A DNA stretch of 64,000 bases from Chlorokybus atmophyticus. Lineage: Eukaryota > Plantae > Mesostigma and Chlorokybus algae. Shown here piece by piece: positions 42,389 through 51,844 of the stretch. The notes under the pieces were generated by a model. It made no database searches. It worked only from the letters and a program-made list of their open reading frames with translations, and was not told the DNA's origin. The position numbers and the translations under genes are program-made. The first letter of the stretch is position 1. The number at the start of each line of letters is the position of its first letter. The DNA lies in assembly GCA_009103225.1 (NCBI GenBank), contig RHPI01003642.1, positions 641,116 to 705,115 on the forward strand, read 5' to 3'.

Positions 42389-44054
42389 CAGCAGAAAGCA
42401 TCTGTGCTCCACATCAAGCAACGACGCAGCTGCAATAATCAGGCGTCTCTGGGGGCCAAGCACCAATGCCTTGATTGCCTTGTTCAAAATTCCCAAATCA
42501 CTCATTTCAGCACTGTTGCTCCCTTCCAAGTCCTCCTCATCGTACTCTCCTCTCAAATGGCCTGCCCTGCTCCTGTTGCACTCGACAGAAAACCGGAGAG
42601 CACGGTTGCTTGCAACGCTGGAAGCATGTATATATGCTATGTGGATGATACGCAGCCAACACAGGTTGCGCAGATGATGGTGCCTGGCCATGATTTGCTT
42701 AGGTGCATGTACATTCCCAAGTGTCGTGCAGAGTTTGTGTAATGCGGTGTCTGGGATGGGCTGTTCACGCGTGATACGTTCTAAACAGGGGGAGGGACTA
42801 GCCCCGCATAGTCATTGAAACGCAAATAACAATGGTTGGCGCTCACATGATTGAATCAAAGGACCTTTACATACTGTGCATGCACAACCAACTCACATTG
42901 CATAAATGAAACAATAACCAAGTCTCTCTGTCACACACACATAGTACTATTACGGCAAATATGGCCATGTATATTACTGAATGACAATGTAACATCAGAA
43001 GATACGTTGTGATTCAGAAATATTATACAAAAAAACATGCCAATACGCTGTCGCACTTGCAAAACTGATTATCAAAGTGGCATGGCTACAGGTCTCAATA
43101 TTGAAATACAACTGTTGCAAGTTGAGCCCTTGGCCCACTATACTACTCTGCCAGGCTGATACTATGTGCATGATGGAGAATGGCCGCAAAGGGTTTATGA
43201 ACTTTCTCAAGTGGTAAGGTGCCAGCTTGAAATCATATAAATCCTTTTTTATATTATATTCATACCAATCAACTCTGCAATCCCACTATGCACCTCATTT
43301 TCACTCATATGCAATTCACGCGTGATCATGTCAAAAACCCGTACCGATACTGAACCGTAGTACTGCACGCGCAATGTGCATCATGACGAATTTTGGAATT
43401 TCAAATGCCCCAACCAATTGACAACTTTCCAATCACTGTTACTCATGTTGATTGCTTGCAAGACATGCAACAATAGAAATCATTCACTGCATCTGTGGTG
43501 ACCCTGTGACATGCGGGTTGCTAATGACAACCACCTTATGAAACCAAAATGTGTTTGACAACCTTCATCACTTAATTGGCTGAAATTGGCAGTAACTACC
43601 TGCACACGCGTTCATGTTGATGCACGTATGCTGCTGCTCATGTTGTGGCCCATATTGTGCTGAATGGCAAATAAGTTGCAATTGTGACACGCTGTAACAC
43701 TCGTGCGCAAACAAGCAATGCGGAATGTAGGTTAGGGAGGAAGAGATGCGCTGACGTGATTGCACAAACCTTATGTGCACAAACAATGACACATGCAGCA
43801 TTTGTAAGCAACGCACCAGGTGACAACTTACGATCACACACACTCGCAGCTGCATAATGCAATTAATTGCTGCGTGACACACAAGGTCATGCAGCTTAAC
43901 AATTAAAGCCACTATGACAGGTTGCAATTCGTCTAATACAATGCAATGAACGCTATCACTTCCCTGCCAGAGGCGAAGACACATGCTGTGACCCATGAAA
44001 TGCAAATGAGTACTAGTGACACGACCGGCGGGACTTGGACAAGTACCAGATCAC

Positions 44055-44112
44055 CCATGCCATGCTGCCATGCCATGCCGTGCCGCCATGCCATGCCGTG
44101 CCATGCCATGCT
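44055..44112 (+). repeat. (CCATG/CCGTG)n pentamer microsatellite
   Basis: ccatgccatgctgccatgccatgccgtgccgccatgccatgccgtgccatgccatg, read directly. Confidence 0.9.
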
Positions 44113-44400
44113 GTGCATGTGCCGAACAATGCAGATTGCAAATGCAATGCCTAGTGCGTCCAGCTGTTCCACTCCGCCTTAGAGTTGTGTCACCATGCTT
44201 GATGCCGCAACTTGGCCTCCACCAAGCGCCACCAAGCTCCTGATTGCTGCAGGGAGCCAGCCAGACGGAACTCGCTTGTTGCACGACGGGAGAGGAAGCA
44301 ACACACTGTGTGCCCTACAGCGCAGCAACCGCTATTGGGTGACGGCAACTGCACTCAGTCCATGCACTCTGCAAGTAATGCTTACCACTTCTGACCGCGC

Positions 44401-47132
44401 CTAAGCAGTCGGTCCAAAGCTGAAGCCTCCTGGAGGCGGGACAGGTTGCGCCCCACCAAATGCATATGTGCTTTGAGAGGCATCCACAGCTGGCGCCAGA
44501 TTCTGGTCTTCATCATCCTCCAGGCCGAAGTATACCTCAAGAATCTTGACAGCTTTCTCATAAATATCATTGTTGCTGTGGTTTTGCAACTGTTCAATCT
44601 TCTCCAAGCCCTCCGCCTCGTCTACCCACTGCGCGTACAGATTGATGCCGCCCGTCATCCCTTGCTCCTTGTCATGCTCCCCGACCTTCAGGATGTTCTC
44701 AAGGCCTTCCAAGGCCACCGTCACAATGCGAGCGTCTGAGCACGTCAACAGGTCGCATAGAGGCTTGATGCATGCTTGACTGACAAGGTACCTGCGCCAG
44801 TGCTGCATTAGACCACAACAGCCAAACACAGTACAACCCTACAACGCTGCACAACCCTTGCAAGTGCCAAATTACTCCACTGCAGCAAAAACATACTTGA
44901 TCTGATCAGGTGTGCCGCCAGATGTAGCATTGGAAATTGCCCAAGCAGCTTCTTTCTTTATGTCAAACTCTGCAGTCGCTAGCAGATGCACAAGGGGAGG
45001 GATGATATTGGCCTCGATGACAGCCTGTATCTGGTCCTTATTGCCAGCTGTGATGTTGGAAATCGTCCAGCAGGCCTCCTTTTTGATGCTCTTCTTGTGG
45101 TTCATGGTCAAGAGATTGTGCAGCGACGGAAGTGCATTGCAGTTGATCACAATCTGATGCAACAGCCACCAAATCAGCACTACAACTCACTGCATGCTCA
45201 AACAAGCCTGCCATGCACCTGAAACTCACCTGTGTTTGCACATCGTCACCAGTGACAATGTTTCCCACTGTCCTAAGCGCTGGAATCAGTACTGCAGCGG
45301 AGTGATGCCTGCAAGAATAATAGTCATAAGTGGCAACCTCTATGCAAGCGCAGCTGCCAACAATGCGATGCGACTCCTTACGATAGCAACTCTACAAGCC
45401 GCCGTGTAACGCCAGCTTCAATGACAGCTTGGATCTTGTCATTGGTGCCATCAGAGAGATACGACAGTGCCCAGCAGGCATCAGTCAAGACCTCTTCATC
45501 ATTAGATTCAATCAGCCACTTCAGGGCTGGTAGAGCGGGCTTGGACTGTACAGCAACCATTAGTAAACTTGCATGCTGCCAGGAGGCAGGAGTTGCTGCT
45601 CATGCTGCATGCGTGACGAACAAATAAGGACCACTGCTATACCTGTTCAAAGGACGGTTGAGGCTTGCCTCGGCAAAAGTTTGACAGAGTCCAGGTGGCG
45701 TTGCGCAGCATTGTGATTTTGGAGTTCTCGCTAAGCTGACTCAGCAAGGGCTGAAGTGCGCCGTGGCTCAATACAAGATCACGGCATTTGGGCGAGTCTC
45801 CAGCAATGTTACCCAAAGCCCAAACCGCCTACGTGGACAGCGTGTCAAAGCCATGCCGCAAAGTAAACTGCCACTAAATAAAATACAGAACGGGAGGGAC
45901 AGACAAAGTACTGCTGAGTACCTGCTCTCGCACATCATCATTCTGAGACATCAACAACTGCACCAAGATGGGAACTGCTCCATGGTCAATGACAACTCCA
46001 GTGTGATCAGAAGTCCCAGAGGCAATATTGGTCAACGCCCAAGCTGCTTCAAACTGCGATGTGCACATTCAGCACACAGTGCAGGGAACTGAGATACCAG
46101 CACAACTGCACTCTGGCAGATCACGAGAACATGCAAATTTCAGAGGTAAGCCATACCTGCAACTGCGGAAATTCATTGGCTTGCAAAAACTGTACAAAGC
46201 GCGGCACAACACCTGCTTTGATAACTTCTTCTATCGGTGGGCTTCTCTCTGCATGCACCATATGTCAACAACCAGCATCGGCAAGGTGACTCTCCTCGTA
46301 GGTTTCCCACCCACACGGGCGCAAGCAATTGCATGTGCTACAGATCAAATAACAATGCAATCAGAGACGCACCAATTGAAAGCAGCTTGCGGAACTGTTG
46401 CGTCGCCTCTAACATCATCTGTGGATCTTCGGAGTACACCCCTCGTACCATGTCGGGAAGGCTTTCCAACTGCATTGAATATTAGGCGCGTCAGTACAAA
46501 CCTGCAAAACATCCCAATCATGCACGACGCATGACGACTACGGTTGAGGATGTGCGTTGCGCCAACACATCAAAACAATGAACATGTTGTCGATTATGTG
46601 TTGTGACCGGCAGTTGTGGCATATACTTACATGCTGCACAGAGCAGCAGGAGCGGCGCAAAATGCTCTCATGTCATGCACAGACATGCAGAGACCATGCT
46701 TCGCAGCCAATGAAAAACAGGGAAGCAACGTGTCTGAATTGCAGTGCAGCAAAATGTTCACAACACTCCGGCGACAGGACATTGCCTAGTGAGTTGAGCA
46801 CTCCAGCATGCATGGCTGTACCAGGTACTGCTGACTGCAGCAAGGGTTCGTACATCGTACAGGCAACCAACGTGCAGAGCTAAGCTGGGAGCGACAATCA
46901 CCTTTTGCATGACAGTTGTATGCAAGGGTTTCGACGAATCTGCAGAGAGCGCTAGGGAAGAGCCTGAGCCCGGTAGGCCTTCACGGCGCTTCTTCAACAA
47001 CGACTCCTCCCTCTTGGACTTCCGAATCTCGACCATGGTGTCCTCCCGCTTGCGCCTGCTCTCGTCTGCATCCATCGCCTTCTTCCATCCCTTCTTACGA
47101 GCCTCGCTCCGGCTTCCCGGCCTGAGTGACAT
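44401..47132 (-). CDS. IMPA: Importin subunit alpha (IBB domain + ARM repeats)
   Basis: IBB domain ([25 protein letters not shown]), [68 protein letters not shown]. Confidence 0.97.
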
Positions 47133-48937
47133 CTTGGCAGCCCACCCACCTGCACCAACTCCCAGCCTACCCGCCGGACGCTGACGCCGTCTTGACAGCA
47201 ACCCGAGTGCGCAGCTGGTTGCTCACCTCGCAAACCCACTCGCCTCTCAGCGGTGCAAAGCGCTGACCCCTTGTACAACAAGCCTCTTGATGCCGCCGCC
47301 TCGACCCTAACCTCCAACGTTGCCGACGACTCCGCCGCCGCCGCCCGTACTTTGGGCTAGGGTTTGCGCAAACTGTGGTGCTTTGCGCCAACTCCCGCGT
47401 TTTTCAAAGCTCAAAGCCTTCAAGGCTGTCGGCAGCCAAACCGGACCAGGTCAATGGACTGTGATGGTGAGAGCATCGGCTTCTTAGCTGACATCCGTCT
47501 TGCAGCTTGCAAGGGTCGTTAGCACCACCGCTGTCCATTAGACTCAGTTTCCTGAAGCTAGCGTTACCTTACAATCGTTACGACTGTGGTGTACTCCATG
47601 TCACATCATGTGACTCACACACGTGAATGGCATTCACAATGAGTGGCCACTCACAAAGATAATTTACGATAACTTACTTTGAGTGCCAATTTATTGGTTG
47701 AAGCGACGTATACATGTCACTTAAGCATCGTTCCCACCATGAGAAAATTGAAGCAAAAGTTGCACAACTCCTGTTTTGTTGCACTGCATGATGTGGGTTA
47801 CAATTGGAATTGCTACACACACACAAGTGCAAAATGTGAGATTATGTCAGCATAAAAAGCATTGAAGTCTGTATTCAAGGGTAAGACCATTTATATATAA
47901 GTTGACTATCATATATACTGCGTGAAGATTGCTCGATAAGTTTACATAGCGAAAAGGTAAAGACATGTTGCTGCTATCTATTAATATACTGTGTTTACAT
48001 GCGTGTGTTGTACAACTTATAAAGACACACGTGCGTTTTTATATGATGGTATGCTCACACGATATAATTGCATGCGATGTTATGGTTGAATGTTAATATG
48101 CGCGTTTACGCTTCATATTAACAACTTGCAATGCAAGCTATGTATGTCGCATTTTTCTCATCTCATTTCATTTTATCATATCGTATGTTATGAATATCAT
48201 CATATAGGTATATGCACATATGCATGGTTATATATAAGCAATGACTTTTTCGAGTACATATTGTAAACGTAGAATTTGGTTGGGGCTACAACATTAATAC
48301 AGGTTTTATGGAATACGCACATGTTTCGGCCTTCTCATTTATGTTTGCTTGACAATCACGCCACTGTGTTTCAGACATCGCGTAATTGCATGATAAAATG
48401 CATGGATTATCTCACTAATCTATACTTATACATGAAAGTAACGCATATCATGTAATTCTTACATGGCAACACGGAGGGCCGCGGAATGTCAACATACATA
48501 AACGCCTTGCGCATGTCGTGTACAGCACCAATTTGTCTTCTTGCATTGCACTATTAATGCTACATACACATTAAAGACAACAATAATTATGTAAACAAGC
48601 TTAGCTTGAGCTGAATCGGGGTTGGCCTAGACATATCAAGTTCTCAACTATGCGTGCAAAGGCAGGATAGAAGGGCAGGGCACGCAGGTGGAGCCTTGGA
48701 CAAGCAGCAGGCAGCGTTCAGCTAGCCGTACATGCTGCGTACAAGAGCATGTTTGCTTTACTTACAATTGCAACAACTACGAGCGTTGTCAAGCAAGTGT
48801 TCACCGTCAGTGCAATCATGCATAGCTGCCACCATGCCCGACTGAGCCTAACACAACCTAGACGCACAACCAGTCATGCTATGCGAGCGCCGCATTTGCC
48901 TCAAGCTGCTGGGCCGTGAGCCACATGTCCCCACCGC

Positions 48938-49464
48938 TGTAACCGGAGCAATAATAATAGGGGTAATATTGCTACATAAATAACACATTCTGTATGAATA
49001 AGTATTTAAACATGCTTATTTATACCTCCTTTTTTACGGTTCCTCGCTTATAAAAGGCTATGATGCTTTATCGTAGCTGAAATAAGTCCCACTGGGTGTA
49101 GAATCGCTTATTCAAGCCTATATAGTGTCACATTTGATAAAATGTGATCACTATCTCGTTCGGTACCTTACGATAGGTATCTTCCAGTAGGTACATTATC
49201 GATAGGTACCTTATCTGAGCTTTGATTGGCTCACGCTAGATTTCCTAACTACCCTATCCGTAGGGTTGATGTCTGGTTGTTAGTTAATTATCTGAACGTA
49301 TATATTTGATATACTCTAAATATCAAAGGTCACATTAAACTGATGTGGGGACTTTCAGTTCTCTGCTCAGTGGCGGCCGCGCCGTTGAAAGGCTTGTCAT
49401 AGGCGGTGTGGGTGTTGGGGTAGAGGATTGAAGGGGCATCACCGGCGACGGTGGTGCTGTTACA
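48938..49464 (+). repeat. 5' LTR of element A
   Basis: Direct repeat of 61446-61972 with TG..CA termini, followed by a PBS-like sequence. Confidence 0.96.
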
Positions 49465-50729
49465 TTGGTACCCAAGAGCTGGGGGGTGACGTGGGTACTT
49501 ATAGGGGGCGGCGACCTGCTTTTGGCCAATCAGAAGGCGTCGGCGGCGGCCTCCTATTCGTCCATGCAGCCCAAGCTTCAAGTTAGCTTCCCTGCGCTAC
49601 CTTCACGTTGAAGCCACCCATAAAAGAGGCGGCTTCTCCACGTGTGAGGTACCATCACACACGTCGGTGACTTGCCCGCTTGCCAGCTGCTTGCCAGCTG
49701 CTTGCCAGGTGCACGTGTGTACTTTCATGCACATCATTCAGTGACTTGCCAGTGCATGAGTGCGGCTTGCTAGTGTGCCATCACTGCTTGTCACACTTAG
49801 TGCACTATCATTGCTTGTAGTGATTGCCTGTTATTGCATGCGGTGATTGCTTGTCATTGTGCTTGCCAGTGCATGTCACGATTGGTCACGGTACGGCTTG
49901 CCTTTTGCATGCCTGTGACGTACCTGTGACCTGCCAGCTGCTTGTCCGGGTCGCTTGACCCGAGTCTGCAAGTTCCGAACCAAGCTGTTCCCAAACCCTC
50001 CCCCTGGAGATTGGGATTTGGTTAGGACAGTTTTGGGGCGAATCTAGGGCATTCTGTTCCCAAACACTGTTAATCTGAAACCTTCCCCATCTGGCTTCAG
50101 CCTGGAGATTGAGACTTGGTTGAGGACAACACAGGGTTAGGACATTCTGGTCCCACTCAGACTTGTTCTGTTTGATGAATATCCAGATCTAACGTTTCTC
50201 GTTTTGAAACTGGTTTGGACTTTGTTTGAGACTTTTACAACTTGGGGTCATTTTGATCCTCTCGTTGAACCTGATCCGTTGGTGAGGTTCTCACCATTTC
50301 ATTTTGCCTGTTTTGCAGACAAATGGAAGAGAACTCGGTGCCCACCTCAAAGGGGGAAAGCTCGCGAAAAGAGCAATTATCCCGTGAGGAGGAGTTTCCA
50401 TCTATGGAGGATATTTCCAACCCGGATGATGCACCTGATGAGTCTCATGCTGCTAAGGATGTGGATGGCTTGGTGGAACCAGACGGGCCACCACCACCAC
50501 CATCATTCGTGCATCCTGAAATCTCAATTCGCTTGACAAAACAGGAGTTGATGGACCACTTTCTTGGCACCTATGATGAGGAGCCTCGTGAGGCGATTGT
50601 CTCGCTCGTCAACTTCCTCTTTCATGAGGCGGAAAAGATCTGAAAGCTCCCCACTTTATGGGGCAAAATTGGGAGGGATTAACGGGTGAAGGCAAACGTG
50701 TTCTGAACATGATCGAGCTCCTTCAACGC

Positions 50730-51068
50730 TGTAACGGAGTGCTACCTCTATAGAGGTTCCCCGCCCTTATTTAAGATTAGATAAGGGTCCCAACGGGTAT
50801 ATACAGCCAATTAAGCCGTATTAGGGCCGTTAACCTAGTGTTAAGGCCCTAATGTAGTGTTACTTAACTGTAACACTGATATCGACAATCGACATGAGTC
50901 TCATGTCGATATCAGCTGTATGGCGGCACTGCTAACGCAGCAGCCGCCATAGCCAGGGGATCTTCTGCTTCGGCAGTTGCCCCTGGCGGCGGCGGTGTGG
51001 TTGGCGTGGCTGGTGGTGGTGTTGGGGTAGGGGATTAAAGGGAGGAGGTAGCACCCCCTCTCCTTACA
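50730..51068 (+). repeat. 5' LTR of element B
   Basis: Direct repeat of 56451-56789. Confidence 0.98.
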
Positions 51069-51081
51069 TTGGTATCGGAGC
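51069..51081 (+). other. Primer binding site of element B (initiator tRNA-Met)
   Basis: TTGGTATCGGAGC immediately after the LTR; differs from canonical TGGTATCAGAGC by one base, which would form a G:U pair with the tRNA. Confidence 0.88.
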
Positions 51082-51844
51082 ACGGGCGGCAAGGGGCCTG
51101 TGGGAGGGGCGGCGGCAGGCGGCAGCGACGTTAAACTAGTGGTAGTTAAAGTGTTTTATGTTTTAACTATAATAGTTAAACGCTGCTGCTGGTGCCTAGC
51201 CTAGCCTAGCTTGCCATGCCATGCATGCCATGCCTAGCCTAGCATGCTTGTCCTAGTCTAGTTTGTTATTGTGTGAAGGGAGCCGGCCATTCAGGCCTAT
51301 CCCTGAAGCATTGCATTGCAGCACAACACATAGTAAACATACATTGATTGTGTTATATTGTGTGTGTACCACCACGTGGATTCGTGGTGGTGTAAGGGTT
51401 TTTCTATTAATTTGGAAATTCCCTTGGGGGGGGGGCAGTTCGGTGGCAACATCGACTGTCTCAGTGCCGCCATTTTGAGCGGTGAGGCCGCCAGGATTTT
51501 CTGAGCGGCCGATATCAAACTCACCATTCACAACTGGTCGATATCGGCATGTAAGGTCGATTTGACGAGATTTTGGCACCTTGTGTGTCAATCACAGTTG
51601 TGAATTGTGCTGGGTTGTACAAAGTGAAAACTTTGAGAAATCATAACTCGTGAAACGTCGCGTGGATTCGCGCACGGTTTGTTGCAGAGTGAGTGTCTAG
51701 TTGAGGTGTGTGGAGAGCTCTTTTTGGGGTGTATACTCCATCGTAACGCCTTAAAACTTGACGAGACAAAATCAGTAGATTTTACCTGTATTGCAGTGCA
51801 CAATCTGAGTACTTGTGCACTTGCTAACGGCTGTCTTTGGGCAG

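Noticed and set aside
48818-48937. A third pair of LTRs or a long TSD (match to 62226-62345)
   Set aside because: No TG..CA ends, PBS or PPT; it is explained as the left part of a pre-existing 376-bp tandem unit split by element A.
49330-49581. Antisense ORFs spanning the LTR/PBS junctions (also 50901-51092 and 56622-56990)
   Set aside because: They are short, cross element boundaries and derive from G-rich LTR sequence; no coding signature.
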